Assembly: GCA_903813345.2 (NCBI GenBank) | Contig: CAIIXF020000001.1 | Span: 21,390,001 to 21,454,000 of the forward strand | Reading direction: 5' to 3' | Length of the DNA stretch: 64,000 nucleotides | Origin: Owenia fusiformis | Lineage: Eukaryota | Shown: positions 1 to 12,300 of the stretch, piece after piece | Numbering within the stretch: the first letter of the stretch is position 1 | Layout of the letters: each line of letters starts with the position of its first letter | The notes under the pieces: generated by a model | Database searches by the model: none | What the model was told of the DNA's origin: nothing | What the model saw: only the letters and a program-made list of their open reading frames with translations | Program-made: the position numbers and the translations under genes

Positions 1-260
1 GATCAACTTCAAAAGCAGACTAGTGCAGAGATCAGCACTAAGAAAAAAGAAAATTACAGTTTGGACCATAAATAAATAAGTAGTTGATTTTCTATCACCA
101 TTTCCAAACCATGGCGGTTTGAAAACCCATAGTTTCCAATATTGGTTGGATCATACCCCCTAAAATTTGCACCATAACAAATTTTAGAAAATATTTATAG
201 TTCAGTTTCTGTATTTGTAGGGTCCCTACCCCGGAGCCCCAGCAGGGGTTATATAAAGTA

Positions 261-340
261 ATGAGTGCACTGGGGAATCTGTTGGCGCGGAAACGCAAGA
301 ATTCTGGAGGTAGTGGGGATGGCAAACAGCAGTCACAGAT
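261..340 (+). CDS. NCOA: NCOA coding exon 1 ([27 protein letters not shown]), NLS-like RKRK; exon begins at 221
   Basis: Acceptor tttgtag|221, ATG 261, donor AT|gtaagt at 341. The phase 2 join to 34709 gives [13 protein letters not shown], as in taiman-type proteins. Confidence 0.9.
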
Positions 341-3300
341 GTAAGTTAAAATTGATGTTTTACCACTTATGAATTCTGCTTTCCTAAGTCTGACTCTCAC
401 TCTTCTGTAAGAAAGTTTGTCACAATCACAAGTTTTTAAGGAACTGCGAGGCCCGGGGGCCACCAATGTGTCTCCCCACTAGTAAGCAAAGAATTGTGAG
501 GGTGTGAGTCCACCAAAATGTGTCTCCCCACATGTGTGTTAAGAATTGTGAGAATGGGAGTCTACCAAAGTGTCTCTTACCCATACTTGTGTAAAGAATT
601 GTGAGGGGGGGGGGGTCTACCAAAGTTGGTTGTCTTGTGCATATGGAACTTTGATGGTGGGGGTCCACAAAGAGTGTATGTAAGGAATTTTTGATCTCCT
701 CCCAAATGTACAATTTAGCATTGCTTACCCTTTTTCAACAGTAAAATATATGCCTTCGTTGGTTAATCAAATATTGTGTTGAATCACTGTTTAAGGGTAG
801 TAATTTTATTTTATTTTATACAATGTCAACCATGCTGTAGCAACAGATACAATATGCCTCTGTTATATGAATCAACATAGATAACTGACATGACAAAAAC
901 AGGTATTATCACATTTGAAAGGGCTGTATTGTTGTTGACTTTTGCCATGTTGGCGAGTGACACAAGAAACCTTTATCAAGGTAGAAAAGAAACTGCTTCT
1001 ATGATTGAATTATTTTCAGATGTAAAAGCATACCTATACCAAAATCTGATTAGGTTTTGGGCATGCTGGGTAATTTACAAGATACGTTTTCCTTACGAAT
1101 TACGATATTTCTCACTTCGTGTGTTGTATATGTAAGTGTCATTATCTCATATGGCAAATTGGCAGATAATTGATTCCTTATTATTATTGTGTGTTATATA
1201 CACATATAATGATATCTTATATAACTCAGGGGATGGTAACATCACCACTGACAGCTAAGAAGTGACAACATTTTTTATGTCACCACCAGAAGTGGAAACA
1301 TATTGTTATAGTCTCTCCAAGTTTTTTGTAGACAGTGCTTGGCACTCAGCATCTGTAACAAATGGCTGGTGGTGGTATTTTCATGTTAATGCCTTTCATG
1401 ATAACTGTTGGGCTCATACAGTTCTTTCTGTTGTGATTTATCTTGCTAGTTATAAACTTCTTTATATATGCTGACTTATATGACTAATGTCACATCTACA
1501 CAATAGTTATTGATTAAAATTGCTCAATTTTCAATGCTGACATCAAAGGATGTTTTATTATCCATATTAACAACATTCCTTCAAATATAGATTGAATCGA
1601 TAATTGCAAAGCATACTTTATATTAAATGAGCTCCTATCGAAGAACAGAATCACCCAAAAATTTGATACTGATTATTATTAATATATGTCATCTAAGATA
1701 ACAGGAAGTACTAACAATCAACCCACTTGTTATATTCAAACTAAACAAGTCACCAGACAAATTAAAAAGTGCATTTATATCTTCTAGTCTACCTACCTTT
1801 ATTACTAGAAGTCCCATATTATATTATCTAATGATGAATGGACTGGAGGAGACTGATTAAAAGCAAAACCCACACACTTTTCCCAAAACAAGCATTGTTC
1901 TAATTGCAGATATATTAAATGATATACAATAAGGAGAAACGATGGTAAAGCAGAATTTGATGTGCTAGGATTTGATAGAAATTTTCATTTTTATTTGTTG
2001 AGAAGTGAAAAAAAAGTCTATGATCTTTGTAAATTGTGACTTTTAATCAGTTTTACATCAGGTCCTTGTGATCCCTCTCTCTTTGTATACATCATGTCCC
2101 TGGGGGTTCACTGCTAACAAAATTTGGATAGTGTCTAAGTAGCACAACTGATGTGAGTTGATGTAAGACTTGAATATTAGCTGAAGGTTAGTTTTGTTAA
2201 CACATTATTACCCATCTCTTACCCCGTTATTTTGTTCTTCAAAGATAGCTCTGGAATGATATGTAAAGAACCTGATAATTTATTGTTCTATAAAAAGAAC
2301 TGGAGCAAGATGGTCTACTTAGATGTCTTGTTATTTGGTGTATTAATACAATCAATAATTTCTTAAGCTCTCCAGTAAAGCTTCAGCATGTCTTATGGCC
2401 ATGTCTGAATTGTAAATTGGCATTTGCAGAGTTTCCAATGATTGACTTCACTATCCCATTTAACTAAGGGCATTACAATACCCGAGAATTTATTGGTTTG
2501 TGTAAAGGAACATTGGATCTCAGGCTTCCATCTCGATATTCTGCCATATATAGAGATGTCAGGAGTACAAAATTCTGACATTTTCATTGTTTGAAAATAT
2601 ACAGTTGCGTCTCTGCTGCTTGCATATCTCCCCATATCTTTTATCAATGTTTTGGGATCAGCAAATACATTTTTTGAAATCTCAGCAAAAATTGTATTCT
2701 TTCACAGATATCATTCTCAAGTCGAAAAATCATCCTACTGGTCCTACCTTAATGTTTTGTAAATTTGTTTGCACTTTAGTAGAGGAGTAGTTAGTTAAGG
2801 TCATGCGCTATGCTGAATGTATATAGACATTGGTTGCCCAGCTTAGCATTGAGAGCAGTATTCAAGTTAGTTACATAAAATATTTGGAAATCCTTCAATA
2901 GTATCGCAAGCCTATTATATATTAGGCAGATGAAGCTCTCTTTTAAAGAAGCAAATCAAACTTTTGGAAATGGTAACAGATGACGACTTCTCGGATTTCC
3001 AGTTGATGAAGTTTTCATTATACTTACAATCATTAAACTGACAAGCATATATACGGTCATATATAACTATTCACATGTCACCAAAGACAGGATGTCTGGT
3101 CTGGAGGCCCATTTTAAATAAACTAATACACTTTAATGAAATATTGATCCTCTGCACTAGCTTATGGCAATAACAAATAATTCCAATATTATTCTCAGTA
3201 AAATTTGCCCCCCCCCTTTTTTTATTATTTATTTTTTCAAATATGAATTGGGTGGTTGAGTGAATGGACTTTAGAGAAGGATAATCCTTTAGGGGGTGTC

Positions 3301-6300
3301 GATAACCTTATATGGTGTGACGAAGGGTAACTTGTAGCATAGAGTTGCTTAATAGTTCCGGAAAATAGTTCATTTTTAACAGTAATTGAGAAGAATAGCA
3401 TTTTTTCTAATTGACTATTGTTGATACATTTGTGCTGCCATGAAGAACGTTCCTATGACTGTTTTTATCTTACCCTTGCAAGTTGTGACATATTGTCATA
3501 GTCTCCAAATTTTTGATAGACAGTGTTCGGTGTCTCCAACAAATGGCAGGTGGTGATATTTTGCGTGCTAACACCTTGTATATCTGTATACGTATTACCC
3601 AATGAATTTTCTGGGATACTAGATTTACCCTGATTTGAATACTGGGAGGGTATGTCATTATCAGAAGAGATAATCAAAGGGTGTTGGTTGTAGAATGACA
3701 TTTGATTTTAATTAAGCATTGAGATAAAAAGTACATACCTTTAATAATAAAAACATGGAACTTAATACTATTATATATATTCATTGCTATATACTACTAT
3801 AGTATATATTTAGCAGTTATGTCCCTATCATTGAATATATGCCTGAGGTCTGTCACCAATATAGCCCGAGCTTGCGAGGGTTATATTACGACAGACCGAA
3901 GGCATATATTCAATGATACTAACATAACTGTATTACATACTTTTATATCATAGCTACGTTATATCAATGACGCCACGTGTCTGTGTGCGAGTGAAATTAG
4001 GAAGAAAAGAAACATGACATCCCGATGACGTCATAAGATTGTCATGGTAAAAGGTTTGGCGGCTATACAGGAATATATAGCCGACCTTCAGCTCCATTGA
4101 CTTCAATACAAATGCTTCACTGGGTATGTAATACTGAAATATAAATGACTGAATCTGCTCAGATCTTTCAGTGCTGTGATATATAAGATTGGACATAAGT
4201 AGATTATCTTGCCTAAGCCACTACCCCATACCTATTGTTAGAATGGGGGGGAATACAGGGACTTGTCACATTATGTTTGACACAAGAAAGAAATAACTAT
4301 GTTTCAGAAAACAGATATCTTTCTAATAAAAATGTCCTTATAAATAGAAATGGAAAATTGGAAGGATTCTTAGCTAATACAATGTAGTTGATTAGGTATG
4401 AGGTTGTGCCAATGAGAACACATCCGTGGGTAGGTTAGAAGCTTTTAGCTATTGATAGATGTTATTCTGTGACACACCTCTCATCTTCATTTATATGCTA
4501 TTAAAGGCCATCAATTTAATTTGCGTAACAGTAAGTAGAGCAAAATATAGTTCTTGTTTTTGATAGCTGTAGAAAGTCAATTACAATAAGATATTTGTTC
4601 TTTCATTTTAGCTCAGCCTTTTTCTTAGCTCAATCTTTTTTCTCAAATTCACCTTTTAGTTTTTTAAAGTTTATTTATATTTCAAAAGCAAAGAAACACA
4701 TGTTCTAAAGTAACTATTTGGAAAGAAGAGAGCTTCAAGAGCCTTCTTGGAGTCCCAGAGTCTTCCCTTGTGCATCATGCTGGTTCTATTTCACCTTCAT
4801 AAAGGTAGAATTTAAACCCTTGATACACACGGGGGATAAGCAAAACGAGGACGAAGCCACGGACTGCGACTCGCGTAACCTTACACCGCAGCCCAGCGCC
4901 AAAATTGAGGGACATCCGGCAGTGCCTTCTGCTTCTTCCGACAAAATAGAGAAATCCAGGTATTTTAAATGCTATCGTAGTGTCTAATCGGTGACCAAAA
5001 TATTACTCTGTATCTACTGTTGGTCTGTAGATAATAAAATAAGCAGTTGTCCAGATCAAGCTAAAACAGTAGCAAAGTTCTGATTTTACCTGTAAAATAT
5101 GTGCATATTATTTAATTTACTATACATTTGAAAGGAGTTTGAACACGTTTCTGATATCTAAAGGTTAGTTGAGGCTCCGAGTATAATTCGTGAAAATGAT
5201 TTGATAAAAGAATGTGTTCATGAGGAGAAAATTAGATTCAAACTGCGCATTCATAGTGGACGCAGTCCAGTAAACAAAGCTATTTCAACAACGCAACACA
5301 GCCTCCATTGATATTCTAAGCAACGCAGTCCAGCCGCGAACACGAAATAAATAAGATAGTGTAAACTATATTCCTACGCTATTATTGTTTCAGGAAAAGA
5401 AAGTCAGCATCCAGATTATCATTCAAAGTTACGTTGATTAACATATATCTATTACCTGAATCAATGTCCCAAATTGCTATATTGTATCGTTTAAGACCTA
5501 GAAATATGGCAATTCAATAGCGTATTTGGCAGAACAGTCGAGCGCAAGATGACAACGTAATATGTTTATTACAAACCAATTTGTGGATAGGGTTAAATAT
5601 ATAGATAATTGGATAGTGGTGAGACTTTTTATAAGAAGTAGAAATGCGAAACAATTAACTTTTTGATGATGCAATAAAAGTTTTCTGCTGGGGAAGGGTA
5701 CATTAACTAGTATTTAAGATATCAGGAAAATATCAAATAATTGGAGAGTTGGTGAGTTATTGTAATTTTGGATGATCTTTCCAACAGTCCATCAATATTG
5801 CTAGCTACCATAAATTCATGATTTCAGCTGTATTTGACAGCTTGTATATATTTGCAGAATGGATTGAGACACGATGTACGTAGGTCTATTAAAATAGCCC
5901 TTTATATTCAATTTTGTCCAAAGTTGCTCCATTTCGGCCACACCTGTACACACATGTGCTATCTACCTTTGGCTGTGATTGCGTTCAGCTCCAGATATAA
6001 AGCAACACTGAGTCGCGGACTGCGTTGGGCAGATGGATGGACTGCGACTATCATAAATTCCAATTTTCTATGTAATTGTACGTTTTCCGCTTACCAAATA
6101 TCACACGAAGATGTAATTGTAACAACAGAACATGAATAATTATATTAATTCGATGTCATTTCTGATTCCTTTGTTTAAATCGGTATATTAGGGACAAATA
6201 TTGACAAAATTACATTTTTTGTGGCAGATTTCGAATTCATTTGTGTTCATGCTAAACTATTGGACAGCCGAGCACCAAGAATGCCATTGCAGGTGGAGTA

Positions 6301-9300
6301 TGAATATGTTGATCACCGACTGGAACATACTAGCTATTCTGTAGAATATCCAAACCAATAATCTACCCCAAATCCTAACATGCCTTCCAAATTAAGTTTG
6401 GACTTACCGCCATTGTTCAGCTATAATGCGTTGTAACCTCGTTTTGAATTACGCGAGTCGCAGTCCGTGGCTTCGCCCTCGTTTTGCTTATCCCCCGTGA
6501 TACAGGACTGGTAGACTAGAGGTGTTACATCGATCCAACATAGATTCGAATCTCAGGACTGAAGGCTCGGGTTGGGTCATAAACAACTACTTACCAATTT
6601 CTGGTCGGGTCAGAACACTCTGGAATCCCCAAAATTATTGTAAAAAAATTTATATTCCCTGCAAAAATTTCAAATTTCTAGCTGGCCTAATTCTTATATA
6701 TGTATAAATGGTTTGACAATTAAGTCAAATTTATTTTTCTGTTTTTTTTCCTGACCCGACCCGAGATTAACTGACCCACATAGTTTTTTCTGGCCCCACC
6801 CAACCCAAAAAATATTTGACCTATGATGCCTCTAGTTAGTCATTCTTTACAAATATGTATGCTCCAAGAATTCTGTATATATTGACCCAAAAAACTCTTT
6901 GTAGGAGGATTTGTTCCTCAAAATGCAGAGGTACACAGACTTGCAAGCATACACCCATCTTTTATCACATAGTGCTCTGTCGTCAATGTCTTATGCTAAT
7001 AGCCATGCATGTGCTTTCTGTCTATTTGGGTAGGTGGGTACCACATAAATCTTGTTATTGCTGATATGTTCAATTAAATTTTTTTTTGTGGTTAAAACAT
7101 GTGATATCTATATCGCTGTGTGTTTTGTGTTAAATGTATGAGTTGTAGACCATATTTTATATTATGTCATAAATGCGGTGTAGACTTTTATATGAACTTG
7201 GAGTTGATCCCGGGAATTTTGTACTCAAAGCAAGATCAGATGAATTTTTATATATTGCTATGTGGGCATTTTAGTTAAGTGCAGCCAACAACAATAGAAA
7301 CATTTTTGAAGTGCATATTAATTCATGTTGTTTGTTTAAAGTTCAATATGTCACTATAAGAAAAATTTCTATATGTAGTCACCCCCGTCCTTCTCTGCAG
7401 GAAGTATTTCAATTATAAGGTAGCCATCATTATGTTAAAACATCTTCATGATTCATACATATGTTTTTAACATGGGCCCTGGAGCAATCTAAGTTGTAGC
7501 CGGAGAATCTACAACATATACATTAATATAGGATGATTGAAACAAGGCTTTGCACCAAGTATTGATTAGCGACCACAGCTACATAGCAGATAACTACTGG
7601 CTAGCTTATATACTTATATGGCAATCGGTGAAATATTGCGCTTTATATTGGATTTTATATGCAGAGGAATGTCGCCAATGTAATAATACATTGATTATAT
7701 ACATTGTGTTTAGTGGAAACATATGTCTGAATTACACACTAAATGAGGTCAAAAAATTAAATTTCTCTTGTAATGTGGTTAGATAAGGAATGGATTCTTT
7801 GAATGTAAAGGGTGTAATGCAAGCTTATTTCTGTTAGTAGGCACAATCTAGGGCCACCAAGTTTTCTGCATTTGGAGATATACGAAGTAAAGCATGTCTA
7901 TATTATTATCTACTCACCAACTGTCAAACAACAGTTCATATATATATATTAGGTAAATGGATTATTATAAACTATAGAGATTTTGGTAAACTATAAAACC
8001 AATTATTGTACCTATTATAGTCATTGTAAAATAATAGTACAGTGAAACTTGTAAAGTGGAACCCCTCTATTATGCCTCAGTCACATTTGCTCCAATTCAT
8101 CAGCTGGCGTCCGGCCGAGTTTGTTCAAAATTGTAGGTCAGATCTCAAATTTAAGGTCAGATGTGAACTCCTGAGAACTTGTACATGATTTGAAAACAAT
8201 TTGAAGCAAGTTGAAATCAGTTTTGAACAAAATACTGCAATTGACCAGGCACCGGCTGATGAATCAGAGCAAATGTGACCTGGGGATTAGTGGAACGCTT
8301 TTCAGAGTCTCAAGACCGATAACTGATTTACTGTTAAAAGAACCTCTCTAAGTGGAACACCCCCCAAGTAGAACTGTCCCACTTAGACAAGTATTACTGT
8401 GTTTGTAACCAAACAAAGGACTCAATCAATAGATATTTCCTAGGATGCCAATGATTGAGCCATTATGCCATGGCAACTTCCCTTCATTATTTCTGTACTT
8501 TCTTGGCCATGAAAACCCAAGGAGGAAACAATATGCTATGATCCTTCATCATAAACTCTGCCATAATCATAATCACCAACATGTCAGAGCATCAATCATT
8601 TGAGAAATGAGAAGAAAAAGTTGTGAAGATTGTCAAATATGAGGTGTAATTTTAGGTTTAACACCAGGTAAGGGTGTTTTCATGCTTGAGAGGGATGCAA
8701 GGCTTGCACACGTTCTTTACTATCAAAGCTCAATTCCTAATTTTCAGTTAAATAGAATAACTTAGTAAATGCATAAATTGTATTCATTCATTTTTTATCT
8801 TTTTGATGCAGATAGTAAAAATTATATAATCTGAATGTCACTGGGACCAGGCAAGTGTTCATATTGGCAGGTATTCATGCTTAGAGGTGTGTTTAGATGT
8901 ACAGGTTAAACTGTATACTGGTTTTTTATGAGTATTTATTTATTTGAACTTGGAAATAAGACTTTAAAGATGATCTTATTGAATATATTCTTATTGAATA
9001 GTGAATACCTGTCTCAAATAGACACTCTTCCTTACCACATACTCAGCTGATTTCTGTATAAATAACCCTCTCTGTACTGAACACCTCGCTCCAGTGCACA
9101 TGTTTGTGGCTCTATAGATGTTCAATATACACAAGTTTCACTGCTTGCTCCATTAAAGATATCAACTCTTGTTTGAAACAAAAGCCTTGAAATGCTGACA
9201 ATTTGTGTCTAGAATCATCAGTCTGCTTCAATTTTATACTACACTTCTATTCAATACATCTGAACCCCTCTGAGAGTTACCACAATCAATGTCTCTTTAT

Positions 9301-12300
9301 TTAGAAGACTCAAATTAGATTCTCAATACAGTTTTGTAGCTTAGCTACTTTGATAGACATAAATCATGTAAGTGCTTAGACACTTATCCAAAATGCATTT
9401 TTCGAATAAATACTGATCACTTATGTTAAATAGCTAAAGTACAGCAATGAACTACATATTATGGATTAGAAATGAATTGTTTATGTAATGTTTTGGAATT
9501 TCGAATAATAAAGCAAAAATATATGATGTGGGCGGATGTTGCAAATATAACTTCCTTGTGTTATTAGTATACCGCCATGTATAATTTATTATAAGTAATA
9601 TCATAAATTGTTTATCAATTTTTCAAACAGAAACTGCAGATTTTTTATGTTCATCTTTTGTTTGATCCTTCAACTAAAAATATTGATATTAAAGATTACA
9701 TGATAGAAAACTGTCTCATATTGGTAATGAAAACACAAAATGAAATCCTGTATTAAGGGCTTAGGTATTATTATGTCACAGCTGTGAAGTGGTTACATAT
9801 ACAGGGTGGGCCAAAAAAACGCCACTTTTTTTACAAAATGCTATAACTTTTTTAATTTTTGATATTAAATCATAATTTGCATACCAAATGAAACTTGATG
9901 TTTTTATCTAGCCATTGATCATAAATTATATACTTTTACTTGAATAAAATATGTCACCAGCGACGTCTCACTTAAACATGTGGTGTGCCATGAGAAATAA
10001 GCATAATTTGCAAAATGTTCCTGAACTGTTACGGCCTGATGATCACCAAGCTAATAGCCCTGATGCAAACCCCAGTGAGTATAGGGTATGGGAAGGTCTC
10101 CAGGAGATTGTATGAAGGCACCCCATCTAGAAAATTGCTCATCTAAAGCTGGCAATTAAGATCGGTTGAAAAAAACTTCTAGTAAGCTAACATTTCATTG
10201 ATACCGCAATATCAGCAAGGCGACTAAAACTAAAAAATATATCATTAATTAGGGTGGCGGACCAATTGAACTCCCCTTTTAGATCAAATGTAATCCAAGT
10301 TGAAGGACTTGTTATTACATTATATTATTACAAAGAAGCCTTTGCACTATACAAATGCAAAATTGTAGGTTGGAAAATAAAAAAGTTGTAGTGTCTTGAA
10401 AAAAAAGTGGCGTTTTTTTGGCCCACCCTGTATAATTGTATCTACTGTTTTTATGACCAGAAATCAGCATCAGTATTACCATTTTACATCTGTAATAATT
10501 GTTACATATTTTGAATCAATAATACAATTTCTAGTAAGTAAAAACTTCTAGTAAGCTAACATTTCATTGATACCGCAATATCAGCAAGGCGACTAAAACT
10601 AAAAAATATATCATTAATTAGGGTGGCGGACCAATTGAACTCCCCTTTTAGATCAAATGTAATCCAAGTTGAGGGACTTATTATTACATTATATTATTAC
10701 AAAGAACCCTTTGCACTATACAAATGCAAAATTGTAGGTTGGAAAATAAAAAAGTTGTAGTGTCTTGAAAAAAAGTGGCGTTTTTTTGGCCCACCCTGTA
10801 TAATTGTATCTACTGTTTTTATGACCAGAAATCAGCATCAGTTTTACCATTTTACATCTGTAATAATTGTTACATATTTTGAATCAATAATACAATTTAC
10901 ATAATTAAATTCCAGAGTTGTTATTACAATAGAAAATATTATTAAATTGCTCCTTGTTATGTTATTGCAGAGTAGCATATACCACTTAAAAATGATGGGA
11001 ATTTTTGAAGTGTCTTTGTGGTATCCACACCCTCTTTATAAACATAATTAGTTTTTAAAGGTTGACAAGAATTTCAATGTTGAAGTGTTGGTTGCTGAAA
11101 ATTGAAGTTTTATGACTTGTGTATATATAAGCAGGGGTGTCTGAGAGAATTATTTTGTAACATATTCATTTATGTTCAGGGACACCATCTTTACAGAGAT
11201 AACTTTAATAACCAACTACTTCTGTTACCATGGTAATGTGAAATTGCAATAAGTTAGCATCCATGACATTTTGTAAGATGATGCCATATCATGTGTCTCT
11301 TACCAAACACAGTGTGTGGTAGTATTAGACTTGAGCCTCAGATTGCTTCATATGGCTGATGTCTCATCTATTGTTTAGTTTATTGTTATCATATTCAGGC
11401 TATTCATGATAAGTAATGTTTACTATTCATGAATCTATCCTGTCTGATCAATGATAATTTGACTCTTCCTTCTTATATTAATATGAATGGCCCATTCATA
11501 AAAGAATCCTCAGCTAGCTTTTCTATAAGGCATTTTTGTTCATGGTTCCAACTATCTTGTCAGTCATGTTTGGAACCGAGTTAGTCGTTCATATCTGCAT
11601 CCTTACTACCCATTTGTAGTTGCTTTTATGAATATTTTAACCATTTGCTTCAATATTAGCTGACCCAAAATACAACTTGAGCTTTTTAAAGAAATATTGA
11701 GCTTTTTAAGAAAATAGAGTGTTGCCTCCATTTTACAAGTTTACATTATGTCAGTTGTACCATTTGAGACTCTAGGCCTATATCTACAATTATAGTGCAA
11801 AACAAGGAAAATATTAGGAAACAAAACATTGTCCTCAGGAAAACAAACAAACATTTATAAAAACAACCAGGTTTAAAGGATAAAGATACAACACTTCGAA
11901 ACGAAAAAACAATGTACCATTTAATATATATGTATATGTACAGTGCTTTGGTGACTAAGGAGTTACAGGGCTGGGAACATACATGACTGTATATGGAAGG
12001 ATAGATGGTTGATATTCTGTCGTTTTGTTTTCATAGGATGGTTAGGGTCATTGTGGTTTACTAAAGGTCATGGTTTTCCACAATTTATTCCCAAATTTAG
12101 TCAGTCAATATTATTGACCATCTGTAGAGTCTGCAGATATTCCTTTATCTTTGCTGTTCTCAAACAAGTTCATTTTATGGTTATACGCTCCAGTGTTAGT
12201 CTGATCGAGTCACTGAACACCTCCTTGATATATCCTAATGTTACTGAATATGCCATCTTGGTGTGGGGTTCAAAGCAAGGCCATTAGATTGTTTAGGTTG

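Noticed and set aside
270-284. LGNLL in exon 1 and LGPLL in exon 3 as NR boxes
   Set aside because: Outside the receptor-interaction region; LGPLL is the conserved helix leading into PAS-A.
6080-6415. Minus-strand ATGGCG|gtaag with downstream ttctacag inside the CAC element, suggesting a spliced gene
   Set aside because: All three frames after the acceptor hit stops quickly; no recognisable protein.
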